NCBI GenBank assembly: GCA_964532055.1 | Contig: CAZHFE010000001.1 | Coordinates: forward strand, 3,576-67,575 | Origin: an uncultured Kaistella sp. | GTDB lineage: Bacteria; Bacteroidota; Bacteroidia; Flavobacteriales; Weeksellaceae | Direction: 5' to 3' | DNA length: 64,000 nt | In this document: piece after piece, positions 29,283-39,475 of the stretch | Layout of the letters: the number at the start of each line of letters is the position of its first letter | How positions within the stretch are numbered: position 1 is the stretch's first letter | Translations under genes and position numbers: made by a program | Notes under the pieces: model-generated | Seen by the model: the letters and a program-made list of their open reading frames with translations, nothing else | The model's database searches: none | What the model was told of the DNA's origin: nothing

Positions 29283-30782
29283 ATGCTAAATTTCATTAAG
29301 AAAAAAATCGCATTGCTTTGGGCAAAAAAACATGTACGGAACTCCGGAATTTTCAAGCAAAACACTGTTGAAAATCAGGAAAAACTTTTGCTTTCTTTGA
29401 CGAAAACCGCCGAAAAAACCCTTTTCGGAAGAGAACACCGTTTTGAAGAAATACAATCTGTTGAAGATTTTCAAAAACGAGTTCCAATCGCTGATTATGA
29501 AGATTTAAAACCTTATATCGAAAGAGTAAAAAAAGGACAAAGAAACATTCTCTGGACAGAAACTCCGGAATATTTTGCCAAAACTTCCGGTACAACTTCC
29601 GGCTCAAAATATATACCGATTTCCAAAGAGGGAATGCCGTTTCAAATTGCTGCTGCACAAAGTGCGATTTTTCATTACATCGAAAAAAAAAACAATGCAG
29701 ATTTCGTCAACGGGAAAATGATTTTTTTGCAAGGAAGTCCGGAATTGCAGGAAATCAACGGCATCAAAACCGGAAGATTGTCGGGAATTGTTGCACATCA
29801 CATTCCGAATTATCTGCAAAAAAACCGATTGCCGAGTTTCAAAACTAACCTTATCGACGATTGGGAAACAAAAGTTGATGAAATCGTAAAAGAAACTGAA
29901 AAGGAAAATATGACTTTGATTTCGGGAATTCCGCCTTGGTTGATTATGTATTTTGAAAAACTGATTGAGAGAAACGGCAAAAAAATTTCTGAACTTTTCC
30001 CCAATCTGCAACTCATCATTACAGGCGGCGTAAATTACGAACCGTACCGCGAAAAGATGAATGAACTCATCGGAAAACCAATAGATATTGTACAAACATT
30101 TCCTGCAAGTGAAGGATTTTTCGGGTTTCAAGACGATTATCAAAATGACGGACTTTTACTTTTGACCAATCACGGAATTTTCTATGAATTTATTCCGCTG
30201 GAAGAATTTGGGAAAACTGATGCGAAAAGATTAACATTAAAAGATATTGAACTTCATAAAGATTATGCGTTGATTCTCACGACCAACTCAGGACTTTGGT
30301 CTTATTCTATTGGTGATGTAGTGAGATTTATTTCTAAAAATCCGTACAGAATTTTGGTTTCGGGAAGAACAAAACATTACACTTCTGCTTTCGGTGAACA
30401 CGTGATTGCCTTTGAAGCTGAAGAAGCGATGAAAGCAACTGTGGAAAAATTTCATGCACAGATTACCGAGTTTCATCTCGCTCCGCAAGTGAATCCTAAA
30501 CAGGGACTTCCTTTTCACGAATGGTTTATTGAGTTTGAAAAAGAACCGGAAAATTTTGAGGATTTCAGAAAAAATTTGGACTTAGAAATGCGGAAAAGAA
30601 ATTCGTATTACGATGATTTGATTTCCGGAAACGTGCTGCAATCTTTGGTAATTTCCAAACTCAAGAAAAACGCTTTCAACGAATATGCAAAATCCGAAGG
30701 GAAACTCGGCGGACAAAACAAAATTCCGAGATTGGCAAATGACAGAAAAATTGCAGATTTTTTAGCAGATTTCAGAATGTGA
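29283..30782 (+). CDS. GH3-family acyl-adenylate/amido synthetase-like protein
   Basis: FAKTSGTTSGSKYIP, YPASEG-like FPASEG, GLWSYSIGDVV, GGQNKIPRL. Confidence 0.9.
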   Translation: MLNFIKKKIALLWAKKHVRNSGIFKQNTVENQEKLLLSLTKTAEKTLFGREHRFEEIQSVEDFQKRVPIADYEDLKPYIERVKKGQRNILWTETPEYFAKTSGTTSGSKYIPISKEGMPFQIAAAQSAIFHYIEKKNNADFVNGKMIFLQGSPELQEINGIKTGRLSGIVAHHIPNYLQKNRLPSFKTNLIDDWETKVDEIVKETEKENMTLISGIPPWLIMYFEKLIERNGKKISELFPNLQLIITGGVNYEPYREKMNELIGKPIDIVQTFPASEGFFGFQDDYQNDGLLLLTNHGIFYEFIPLEEFGKTDAKRLTLKDIELHKDYALILTTNSGLWSYSIGDVVRFISKNPYRILVSGRTKHYTSAFGEHVIAFEAEEAMKATVEKFHAQITEFHLAPQVNPKQGLPFHEWFIEFEKEPENFEDFRKNLDLEMRKRNSYYDDLISGNVLQSLVISKLKKNAFNEYAKSEGKLGGQNKIPRLANDRKIADFLADFRM

Positions 30783-30829
30783 GATTTAACTGTTTGAAAT
30801 TACGTATTTTTGTCCCTTAATTTCATCGA

Positions 30830-32668
30830 ATGAAACCGCTACAACGTATTCTTTCTTTTGCAAAACCTCATCAGAAATATCTTTTCGGAAGCATTTTTTT
30901 CAATCTGCTTTATTCTATGTTACAAATTGCTTCTATCGTTACAATGCTCCCGATTCTCAGAATCCTTTTTAAATTAGATGATGAAGTCGATACTTCTAAA
31001 GTTCCTGTTTACAGTGGAAAATTCGCAGATTATTTCGGATATCTGAAAGATACGGCGTATTACAAAATACAAATGAGCATCAACGAACACGGTGCAATTC
31101 ATATTTTGGCGATTCTCTGTGGAATTACCGGATTGGCGTTTCTGCTGAGAAATCTCTTCCGCTATATCGGTGCTTATTTGCTGGTCAATTACCGAGTTGG
31201 GATTACCAAAGATTTGCGAACCGCAATGTATGACAAGTTTCTGAAACTGCCGGTTTCGTTTTTTACCGAACAGCGAAAAGGCGATATGATGAGCAGGATT
31301 TCAAACGACATTGGTGCCGTAGAAGGCGGAATTATGGGAAGTTTGGTAGATTTGCTGAACTCGCCGTTTATGATTATCACTTCGTTGATTACGCTTTTCA
31401 TTCTCTCTCCGCAACTCACGCTGTTTTCACTTTTGGTTTTTCCGGTGATGGGTTGGCTGATTTCTTTTGTCGGAAAAAGTTTGAAAAGACACGCAACTGC
31501 TGCACAAGAAGAACTGGGGAATCTTTTTTCTTTGGTAGATGAAACCCTGAAATCTTCTAAAGTCATCAAGATTTTCAATGCAGACAAAATCCTGAAAAAC
31601 CGTTTTAACACAACAACCGACAATTGGCAAAAATATGCGATAGGAATGAGCAGAAGAAGGGAACTCGCTTCACCGATGAGTGAATTTCTAGGTTCTGTTA
31701 CAATGTTGATTATCACTTGGTTTGCAGGAGTACAGATCATTAGTGGCGTGAACAAAGACCCTGTAACTTTTCTTGCATTTATCGGGGTTTTCTTTCAGAT
31801 TCTTGACCCTGCGAAAAAATTGTCGAATGCGTTTTCTGCAATTCAGGGCGGAATGGCGAGTTTAGACCGCGTTTCAGAAGTTCTGGATTACGATTTAAAA
31901 ATTGATGAAGCCGAAAATCCCATTCCTGTTTCCGATTTGAAGGACAAGATAGAATTTAGAAACATCGGTTTTTTCTACGATAAAGACAATGTGATTCTCA
32001 AGAATTTTTCGCTCACGATTCCGAAAGGAAAAACCATTGCTTTGGTCGGTCAATCCGGTTCTGGAAAAACAACGATTGCTAATTTGCTTGCAAGGTTTTA
32101 TGATGTTTCCGAAGGGGAAATTTTAATTGACGGCATCAATATTAAAGAGTTGAAAATAAAGGATTACCGCCATCTTTTAGGAATGGTAACACAAGAATCG
32201 GTTTTGTTCAATGATTCTGTTTTCAATAATATTTTGATGGGAAAACCTGATGCAGCCGAAGAAGAAGTGATTGCCGCCGCAAAAATTGCAAACGCTCATC
32301 AGTTCATCGAAAATCTCCCAGAAAAATATTTTACCAATATCGGGGATGATGGCAACAAACTTTCCGGAGGACAAAAACAGCGTGTTTCAATTGCAAGAGC
32401 CGTTCTGAAAAATCCGCCAATCATGATTTTAGACGAAGCTACTTCCGCTTTGGATACCGAAAGCGAAAGATTTGTGCAGGACGCTTTGGAAAAAATGATG
32501 GAAAACCGCACTTCATTGGTTATTGCACACCGACTTTCAACCATTCAAAAAGCCGATTTAATTGTCGTAATGGAACGCGGTGAAATTGTGGAACAGGGAA
32601 CTCATCAAGAACTTTTCGACAAAAATGGCATTTATAGAAAGTTGGTGGAGTTGCAGAATTTTACATAG
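30830..32668 (+). CDS. MsbA-like ABC exporter (TMD-NBD fusion)
   Basis: GQSGSGKTT, LSGGQKQR, LDEATSALD, IAHRLST, six TM helices. Confidence 0.93.
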   Translation: MKPLQRILSFAKPHQKYLFGSIFFNLLYSMLQIASIVTMLPILRILFKLDDEVDTSKVPVYSGKFADYFGYLKDTAYYKIQMSINEHGAIHILAILCGITGLAFLLRNLFRYIGAYLLVNYRVGITKDLRTAMYDKFLKLPVSFFTEQRKGDMMSRISNDIGAVEGGIMGSLVDLLNSPFMIITSLITLFILSPQLTLFSLLVFPVMGWLISFVGKSLKRHATAAQEELGNLFSLVDETLKSSKVIKIFNADKILKNRFNTTTDNWQKYAIGMSRRRELASPMSEFLGSVTMLIITWFAGVQIISGVNKDPVTFLAFIGVFFQILDPAKKLSNAFSAIQGGMASLDRVSEVLDYDLKIDEAENPIPVSDLKDKIEFRNIGFFYDKDNVILKNFSLTIPKGKTIALVGQSGSGKTTIANLLARFYDVSEGEILIDGINIKELKIKDYRHLLGMVTQESVLFNDSVFNNILMGKPDAAEEEVIAAAKIANAHQFIENLPEKYFTNIGDDGNKLSGGQKQRVSIARAVLKNPPIMILDEATSALDTESERFVQDALEKMMENRTSLVIAHRLSTIQKADLIVVMERGEIVEQGTHQELFDKNGIYRKLVELQNFT

Positions 32669-32680
32669 ATTTTAAAGCTG

Positions 32681-32749
32681 ATGAATCCGATTCAGGAATA
32701 TTTTTACCGTATAGACGAACCGGCAAGAAGCGTTTTTTGTTCATCGTGA
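32681..32749 (+). pseudogene. 5' remnant of a DUF1801-like gene
   Basis: MNPIQEYFYRIDEPARSV, then loss of frame and a stop. N-terminus recalled as typical of Weeksellaceae DUF1801 proteins (not verified). Confidence 0.4.
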
Positions 32750-32792
32750 TTCATCATATAACTCCTATATTTTACGTTAATAAAAAAATGTA

Positions 32793-33578
32793 ATGAAGAA
32801 AATACTTTCAGTTTGTTTTATTTTCAGTTTATTTTTTTGTTTTTCGCAAAGAACAGAAACTTTTGCCGTAAACGGAGCAGAACGACAAGCATTAATTTTT
32901 GAACCCAGCATAAAATCTGCTAAAATTCCGGTTGTATTTGTTTTTCATGGACACGGCGGTAATGCACGTTTTGCAAGCCGAAAAATCAATTTTCAGGATT
33001 ATTACAAAGAAGCACTTGTCATTTTTATGCAGGGAATTCCAGGCAGGACTTCAATACGAGTAGATCCGAAAGGAGTGATGAACGGTTGGCAATTTTTTCC
33101 CAATGATTTAGGAAATCGCGATGTGTTGTTTTTCGATGAGGTTTTAGCGAAGTTGCATCAAAATTATACGATTGATGATGACCGAATTTATGTTGTGGGT
33201 CATTCAAACGGAGCGCGTTTTGTGAATGTGCTTTGGAAAGAACGTCCGGAAAAAATTGCCGCAATTATTTCTGTTGCCGCTCAAGGTGGTTTTATGGTTT
33301 CCGGAGCCAAACCGATTTCTGTTTGGATGAGTATGGGCAAAAAAGATCCTTTGGTTTCGTTTGAAAGTCAGGTGAGATCTGTTCCTATTATTCAAAAAAA
33401 CTTAGCTGTAAATACTGAAAATCTTACTGTAAAAGGTGATTTGCAAATATATAAAGCAATCGGTAAAACAGAACTTGTTTTAGAACAAAGAAATTCAGGA
33501 CACGAATTTCCCGAAAATTCACTTGCAGAAATGACCGATTTTTTGAAACGGAATCAAAAATATCATGAAGAGAGGTAA
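32793..33578 (+). CDS. Secreted alpha/beta-hydrolase (PHB depolymerase/LpqC-like esterase)
   Basis: Signal peptide, VFHGHGG, RIYVVGHSNGA nucleophile elbow, C-terminal GHEF. Confidence 0.85.
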   Translation: MKKILSVCFIFSLFFCFSQRTETFAVNGAERQALIFEPSIKSAKIPVVFVFHGHGGNARFASRKINFQDYYKEALVIFMQGIPGRTSIRVDPKGVMNGWQFFPNDLGNRDVLFFDEVLAKLHQNYTIDDDRIYVVGHSNGARFVNVLWKERPEKIAAIISVAAQGGFMVSGAKPISVWMSMGKKDPLVSFESQVRSVPIIQKNLAVNTENLTVKGDLQIYKAIGKTELVLEQRNSGHEFPENSLAEMTDFLKRNQKYHEER

Positions 33579-34072
33579 ACCAATTCTCTACTGAAAATAT
33601 CATCGGGATTTTCTAATATTTTTGCAGATTTTGTTTTCTCAAAAAGCTTTTCAACGAAAAAATTAGTCTCAAAAAACTGCCGGTGAATTCCTTTGAGCAT
33701 TTCCATGAACAAATCTATTCCGAGCTGGTTATTATGCAAATCCATTTTGGTTTCCAATGGCTCATTGGGGAAAAGTTCTTCGTGCAAATCGGTCATTCTT
33801 TTACAGAAATCCCGTGCTTTTTCGGGGGAAGAAATTTTGCAGCAATACATCATGATTAAGCAAGTCCAGAGTGCATGTCTGAAAGCATTTCCTATTCCGT
33901 TGGAAGAACTTGTTTCGGGGAAATATTTTTGTGCAATCGCAAACGACTTTACCGTTGCAAAAAATCCTAAAATTGTAAACAGCGGATGCGGAACTGTTAA
34001 TCTTAAAATTTTAACAATTTTGGTAAAACTCAGCGTTCTTAAAGCATTAATTAAAATTACGGCAGTTCTCAT
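33563..34072 (-). CDS. DUF6973-like protein
   Basis: GNAFRHALW and MDLHNNQLG motifs. Start moved to ATG 34072. Confidence 0.7.
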   Translation of the reverse strand: MRTAVILINALRTLSFTKIVKILRLTVPHPLFTILGFFATVKSFAIAQKYFPETSSSNGIGNAFRHALWTCLIMMYCCKISSPEKARDFCKRMTDLHEELFPNEPLETKMDLHNNQLGIDLFMEMLKGIHRQFFETNFFVEKLFEKTKSAKILENPDDIFSRELVYLSS

Positions 34073-34126
34073 AACAGAAATCTCTCCCAAAAATAAGGAG
34101 AGATTTTTTATTCGCTAAAAATTTGA

Positions 34127-34978
34127 TTAAGAATGAACCAAAAGATTGACAGTTTTAGAAACCTTGTCTTTGATTTCCGTTCTTTTTACGATAAAATCTA
34201 CAAATCCTTTTTCCTGCAAAAACTCGGAAGTTTGGAATCCTTCTGGTAAATCTTTACCAATGGTTTCGCGAATTACTCTCGGTCCTGCAAAACCAATTAA
34301 AGCTCCTGGTTCTGCCATGATAATATCTGCAGTCATCGCAAAAGAAGCGGTAATTCCTCCGAAAGTAGGGTCGCACAAATAAGCGATGTATAAAAGTCCT
34401 GCTTCGGAAAGCTGTGCCAATTTTGACTGTACTTTTGCGAGTTGCATCAGAGAATAGGTTGCTTCTTGCATTCTTGCTCCTCCTGATTGACAAATTATCA
34501 TGTACGGAAGTTTATTTTCGATACAATAATCTACTGCTCTGCGAATTTTTTCGCCCATTACAGAACCTAAAGAACCGCCGATAAATCCGAAATCCATACA
34601 TGAAATGACCATTTCCGTTCCGTTTACTTTTCCTACAGCATTGCGGAGAGAATCATTGAGTTTGGTTTTGGCTTTCACCTCTTTCAACCGATCAGAATAT
34701 GATTTGGTATCTTTGAAATTCAGCATATCTACACTTTCTACATTTGCATTAAGTTCGGTGTATTTATTTTCATCAAAAAGGATTGAGAAAAATTCGTTGC
34801 TGCCGATTCTCACGTGAAAACCATCTTCAGGCGAAACATAATTGTTGGCTTTCAGATCTTCGTGCTCGATGATTTTTCCTGTCGGAGTTTGATGCCAAAG
34901 TCCTTTCGGAACGTCTTTTTTGTTTTCCGTAGAAGTGGTGATGTTCTTCTCTTTTCTTTTAAACCAGTCGAATGCCAT
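34127..34978 (-). CDS. accD: Acetyl-CoA carboxylase carboxyltransferase beta subunit
   Basis: [45 protein letters not shown]. Confidence 0.97.
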   Translation of the reverse strand: MAFDWFKRKEKNITTSTENKKDVPKGLWHQTPTGKIIEHEDLKANNYVSPEDGFHVRIGSNEFFSILFDENKYTELNANVESVDMLNFKDTKSYSDRLKEVKAKTKLNDSLRNAVGKVNGTEMVISCMDFGFIGGSLGSVMGEKIRRAVDYCIENKLPYMIICQSGGARMQEATYSLMQLAKVQSKLAQLSEAGLLYIAYLCDPTFGGITASFAMTADIIMAEPGALIGFAGPRVIRETIGKDLPEGFQTSEFLQEKGFVDFIVKRTEIKDKVSKTVNLLVHS

Positions 34979-34984
34979 AATCTA

Positions 34985-35045
34985 TGATTGATAAGTGATG
35001 ATTGACAAGTGGTGATTGACAAAGCACGAAAGCTTTAATCAATCA
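34985..35045. repeat. 7/14-nt-periodic stem-loop repeat, intergenic
   Basis: TGATTGA at 34985, 34999 and 35013; aaagc/gcttt inner stem; complementary TCAATCA at 35039-35045. Confidence 0.65.
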
Positions 35046-35064
35046 ACAATTATCATTTATAAAT

Positions 35065-36132
35065 TTAGAGTGTATTAATATTATTCAGGTCTTCAAATGC
35101 CTGAACCAATCTTTTGCTAAAGGTTTCTTCGCCTTTTCTTACCCAAACTCTTGGGTCGTAATATTTTTTGTTCGGTTTGTCGTCTCCTTCCGGATTTCCG
35201 ATTTGGGATTTCAGATATTCCAGTTTTTCTGTCATATAATCTCTTATTCCTTCGGTGTAAGCAAATTGCAGGTCGGTATCAATATTCATTTTAATCGCAC
35301 CATAACTTATTGCCTCTCTAATTTCTTCTAAGGTAGAACCTGAACCGCCGTGGAAAACAAAGTTGACAGGTTTTGCTCCCAAACCAAATTTTTCTGCGGT
35401 ATATTTTTGAGAATTATCCAAGATTTTCGGGGTGAGTTTTACGTTCCCTGGTTTGTAAACGCCGTGTACATTTCCGAAAGCAGCAGCAATTGTAAAGTTC
35501 GGCGAGATTGCTTTTAATCTTTCGTAAGCATAAGCAACTTCATCGGGTTGTGTATAGAGTTTGGAAGAATCTACACCAGAATTGTCCACTCCGTCTTCTT
35601 CGCCTCCTGTAACACCGAGTTCTATTTCTAAAGTTATTCCTATTTTCGCCATTCTCTCAAAATATTTGCAAGAAATATCGAGGTTTTCTTCAATAGGTTC
35701 TTCAGATAAATCGAGCATGTGTGATGAGTAAAGAGGTTTTCCTGTTTGTTTGAAAAATTCTTCATTGGCATCCATCAACCCATCAATCCACGGAAGAAGT
35801 TTTTTTGCACAGTGGTCTGTATGCAGAATTACCGTTGCTCCATAAGCTTCTGCCAAAGTGTGGATATGTTTTGCACCTGCAATTCCGCCTAGAATTGCGG
35901 CTTGTTGCCCGTCATTGCTTAAACCTTTTCCTGCGTTGAAAGCTGCACCACCATTAGAAAACTGAATGATAACCGGTGCGTTTAGTTTTGCTGCAGTTTC
36001 CATCGTAGCATTTACGTTGCTAGAGCCGATGACGTTAACCGCCGGAAGTGCATATTGATTTTCTTTAGCGTGTTCAAAAATTTCTGTGACCAAGTTACCA
36101 GTGGCAACACCTGCCGGAAATAGTCTGCTCAT
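35065..36132 (-). CDS. fbaA: Class II fructose-bisphosphate aldolase
   Basis: LHTDHCAKKLLPW, SSHMLDLS, ELGVTGGEED, FGNVHGVY, FHGGSG, KMNIDTD. Confidence 0.97.
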   Translation of the reverse strand: MSRLFPAGVATGNLVTEIFEHAKENQYALPAVNVIGSSNVNATMETAAKLNAPVIIQFSNGGAAFNAGKGLSNDGQQAAILGGIAGAKHIHTLAEAYGATVILHTDHCAKKLLPWIDGLMDANEEFFKQTGKPLYSSHMLDLSEEPIEENLDISCKYFERMAKIGITLEIELGVTGGEEDGVDNSGVDSSKLYTQPDEVAYAYERLKAISPNFTIAAAFGNVHGVYKPGNVKLTPKILDNSQKYTAEKFGLGAKPVNFVFHGGSGSTLEEIREAISYGAIKMNIDTDLQFAYTEGIRDYMTEKLEYLKSQIGNPEGDDKPNKKYYDPRVWVRKGEETFSKRLVQAFEDLNNINTL

Positions 36133-36201
36133 AATTTAATTGTTTTTAGATTTGTTTTTAAATTCAGGACTGTAAAGTTAAGAATTTTTAAGGGAATTAT
36201 C

Positions 36202-37068
36202 TCAATTCCTCTTGTCATTTCCCCAAAGCAGCTTTTGGCGTATGGTTTCGTAGAAACTTAAATTGTTCGGGTAAATCAGTGAGATTTGGAAGTTTGCTTT
36301 TCGAAGCACAACTTCTACATCGGTTTCCATATTGACCAATCGAGAATCCAGCGAAAGTGTATATTGCGGAACACGACTTTTTATTTTCATTCGTATTTCT
36401 ACATTATCATTTACAATTAAAGGACGTACATTCAGATTGTGCGGAGCAATTGGTGTTACAACGAAATTATCATTGTTTGGCGTGAGAATAGGACCGCCGC
36501 AACTCAGTGAATATGCCGTAGAACCAGTCGGTGTAGAAATGATAAGTCCGTCTCCCCAAAAAACATTTAGAAATTCATCATTGATATAAGAATCTACCGT
36601 AATCATAGAAGTTGTTTCTTTTCTGGAAATGGTAATATCATTCAGCGCATAAGGAAAGAAAAATGCATTTTTCGGCGAAACTACTTCTATCACAGAACGT
36701 TTACTGATTTTTACATTACCTTTGATAATCTCGTCAAGCTCTGCAAAAATTTCTTCTTTGGTAAAATTCGCCAAAAAACCCAGCCGACCTGTATTGACAC
36801 CGACTACGGGAATTTCTGAATCGTGAACATACAAAAGAGAATTTACGATAGTGCCGTCTCCGCCGAAAGTAAAGAACAAATCGACATTCTTTTCGCACAA
36901 GTCTTCTTTAGAAGCAAATCGCTCAAAATTTCCATTAAAAGGCATTTCGTTTGCCATTTCCTGAAACAAAATCGGCTGTACTCCTCTTTTTTCAAGCTCA
37001 GAAATAAATTTGCCTAAATACAGAAAAGTATCTTGGTCATTTTTTTGGGTATAAACAGCGGCTTTCAT
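36202..37068 (-). CDS. nadK: NAD kinase
   Basis: GGDGT, GRLGFL, NDITI, GDGLIISTPTGSTAYSLSCGG. Confidence 0.96.
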   Translation of the reverse strand: MKAAVYTQKNDQDTFLYLGKFISELEKRGVQPILFQEMANEMPFNGNFERFASKEDLCEKNVDLFFTFGGDGTIVNSLLYVHDSEIPVVGVNTGRLGFLANFTKEEIFAELDEIIKGNVKISKRSVIEVVSPKNAFFFPYALNDITISRKETTSMITVDSYINDEFLNVFWGDGLIISTPTGSTAYSLSCGGPILTPNNDNFVVTPIAPHNLNVRPLIVNDNVEIRMKIKSRVPQYTLSLDSRLVNMETDVEVVLRKANFQISLIYPNNLSFYETIRQKLLWGNDKRN

Positions 37069-37069
37069 T

Positions 37070-37723
37070 TTAATACTCAAGATATTTTTGGAAAAAATCA
37101 AATCGGTTTTTCAGCAGTTCTTCTTTTTCATCGTCATAAAATTTATGAACCACGCTGTAACCGTATCTTTCAAAGGTTTCGTCTATAGAGCTCAAATTTT
37201 CGCTGCTGATTTTCAAAGTTACCTGTATCTCGTCTTCAATGATAGAACTAATGTAACAACTGTAAATTTTGGCATCATTCTGCTCCACGATTTTGCAAAT
37301 CTCCGTCATGGAATAATTTTTCTCATGTACCTGAACCACAAGCAACGCACCGTTTTCTGAAAATAAAGGATATTTTGAAAACTCGTTGAAAATATCATCA
37401 CAGGAAAGATAACCTCTGTATTTTTCATCTTTGTTGATGACGGGAACCACGTTTGCATTGAACGTGTGAAACAACTTAATAGAATCTAAAATATTGCCGT
37501 CATCTAAAATCGCAAATTTCTCGTAATGAATTGCAAGAGAAGCCAAATTTCCTTCCGGACTTTCATCTAAAAAAGATTGGCTGATTGCACCTTGGTAAAT
37601 TCCCTTTTTTTTGATGAAAATATGGGTATAACCAAATTCTTTGGCAATTTCATTGGCAACCTCAATTGAGTCGCTGCTTTGAAATGCGGGATAATCTTTA
37701 GAAATATATTCTTTAATAAACAT
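37070..37723 (-). CDS. CBS domain protein
   Basis: Tandem CBS-like repeats (VVPVIN...YRGYL); directly upstream of nadK on the same strand. Confidence 0.8.
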   Translation of the reverse strand: MFIKEYISKDYPAFQSSDSIEVANEIAKEFGYTHIFIKKKGIYQGAISQSFLDESPEGNLASLAIHYEKFAILDDGNILDSIKLFHTFNANVVPVINKDEKYRGYLSCDDIFNEFSKYPLFSENGALLVVQVHEKNYSMTEICKIVEQNDAKIYSCYISSIIEDEIQVTLKISSENLSSIDETFERYGYSVVHKFYDDEKEELLKNRFDFFQKYLEY

Positions 37724-37830
37724 TAGCCAAATTTAGCAAAAATCTGAATTAGAAAGCGTATTTGTGGTTAAATTTAAAAATTAAACAAAAAATTTGCAGC
37801 ATACGGAAACTTTTATATATCTTTGTAGCC

Positions 37831-37895
37831 TTTCATTTTTACTTTTTATTAGATTTATTTCAAACTGCGCTGTTTTAGGACGGTGCAGTTTTTTA
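37831..37895 (+). ncRNA. Candidate small RNA
   Basis: TATCTTTG (-7 box) at 37818-37825, U-rich body, terminator aaactgcgctg/cggtgcagttt plus T-run on the + strand, in a block of minus-strand genes. Confidence 0.4.
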
Positions 37896-38777
37896 TTTCT
37901 TTGGGGTTTGATTGCTCCTTAAAAAAATAAGTCCTGCTAAAATAATCGCTCCGCCGAAAAGCTCTACCACACCGAGTTTTTCACCATCTAAAATTCCCCA
38001 AATTACGGCAACAATCGGCATGAGCAAAGTAACGGTAGAAGTAAATAATGCGTTTGAAATCTTCAGCAGACGGTAGTTCATCATCATCGCAAGTCCCGTT
38101 CCGAAAACTGCAAGCAGGGAAACAAAACCCATTCCCGCTAAATGATTTCCGGAAAAATGAAAATCCTTGAAAAACCCAGAAATTGCAAGCGAAACCAATG
38201 ACGGAAAAAACAAGACAAACCCGAAAATAAAAGAAGAAAGCGCAATCGGTTCTATATGATTTAATTTTTTCTTCACCGTGAGTTGATTAATGGCGTATAA
38301 TAAGGTAGCCAAAAGCAGAAGTAAAATCGGGAACAGTTTCAGTTCGCCCGCTTCATGACCGCCTAAAGTCAAAATGCAAACTCCTGTAAAACTGATGATT
38401 ACTCCAATTTTTTGAGCACGGGTAGAAATTTCTTGGTAGAGAAAAGGACCAATGATAATGATGAAAATGGGAACCATAGAATTGATGATTCCTGCAACAC
38501 TGCTACTGATTTCGGTTTCAGCCATCGGAAAGAGAAACATGGGGAAGAAATTTCCGCACGCCGCAGAAAGAAGCAGCCATTTTATATGCTTTCTCGGGAA
38601 TTTTTTAATATTCAGAATAGCGACCGGCATAAGCAAAATTGAAGCAATTAGAATCCTCAAAGCTCCTATTTCGTAGGGATTGTAATAATCAAGCGATTTT
38701 TTGATGAGGATAAATGATGAACCCCAAATCAGGGTTAAAACCATCAGCAAAACCCATTTTTCTTTTTCTCGGCTCAT
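37893..38777 (-). CDS. DMT/EamA family transporter
   Basis: TLIWGSSFILIK, ten TM helices, two EamA repeats. Confidence 0.92.
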   Translation of the reverse strand: MSREKEKWVLLMVLTLIWGSSFILIKKSLDYYNPYEIGALRILIASILLMPVAILNIKKFPRKHIKWLLLSAACGNFFPMFLFPMAETEISSSVAGIINSMVPIFIIIIGPFLYQEISTRAQKIGVIISFTGVCILTLGGHEAGELKLFPILLLLLATLLYAINQLTVKKKLNHIEPIALSSFIFGFVLFFPSLVSLAISGFFKDFHFSGNHLAGMGFVSLLAVFGTGLAMMMNYRLLKISNALFTSTVTLLMPIVAVIWGILDGEKLGVVELFGGAIILAGLIFLRSNQTPKK

Positions 38778-39418
38778 TGATTTTCTTTTAAAATTTTAAG
38801 ATATTCTTTTTTGGGAATCATTTTCGCGCCAAGCGATTCCAAATGCTCGGAATAAATCTGACAGTCGATAAGCTCAAAATTTTCGAGATTTTTCTGAACG
38901 AAATTGATGAATCCCGCTTTAGAAGCATTGCTCACTTTAGAAAACATACTTTCTCCGCAAAATACTTTCCCGATTTGAATCCCATAAAATCCACCGACTA
39001 ATTCATTATTTTGCCAAACCTCTATACTTTTTGCAAATCTGTTTTTGTGAAGAATTTCAAAAGAATCAATCAGCGCTCCGGAAATCCACGTTCCGTCTTG
39101 GTCTTTTCTAAAAGTACTTCTGCATGCTTCCATCACTTTCTTGAAACATTGATTTTCGGTAAAGGTGAAAATCTCATCGCGAAGTATTTTCTTCATTGAT
39201 TTTGAAATTTTCAACTCGTCGGGAAACAATACAAATCTCGGATTTGGGCACCACCAAAGAATTTCTTCGCCCTCATTAAACCAAGGAAACAACCCTAGTT
39301 GATAACCGAATAATAATCTTTCCGGTGATAAATCGCCGCCAATCGCAATCACTCCCGACTCTGAGTTGAGTAATTCGGGATTTGGAAACGAAATTTCTTT
39401 AGAATTTAGCCGAATCAT
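38774..39418 (-). CDS. aat: Leucyl/phenylalanyl-tRNA--protein transferase
   Basis: GGDLSPERLL, GLFPW, WWCPNPR, ELVGGFYG, FCGESMFS, LIDCQ. Confidence 0.96.
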   Translation of the reverse strand: MIRLNSKEISFPNPELLNSESGVIAIGGDLSPERLLFGYQLGLFPWFNEGEEILWWCPNPRFVLFPDELKISKSMKKILRDEIFTFTENQCFKKVMEACRSTFRKDQDGTWISGALIDSFEILHKNRFAKSIEVWQNNELVGGFYGIQIGKVFCGESMFSKVSNASKAGFINFVQKNLENFELIDCQIYSEHLESLGAKMIPKKEYLKILKENQ

Positions 39419-39475
39419 GACTGCAAAAGAAATCCCACTTAATCAGTAGGATTATTTTCAATGCGGATAAATCGT

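Noticed and set aside
29680-29700. A-run in the GH3 gene as a phase-variation tract
   Set aside because: In frame, and homopolymer runs are common in this AT-rich sequence.
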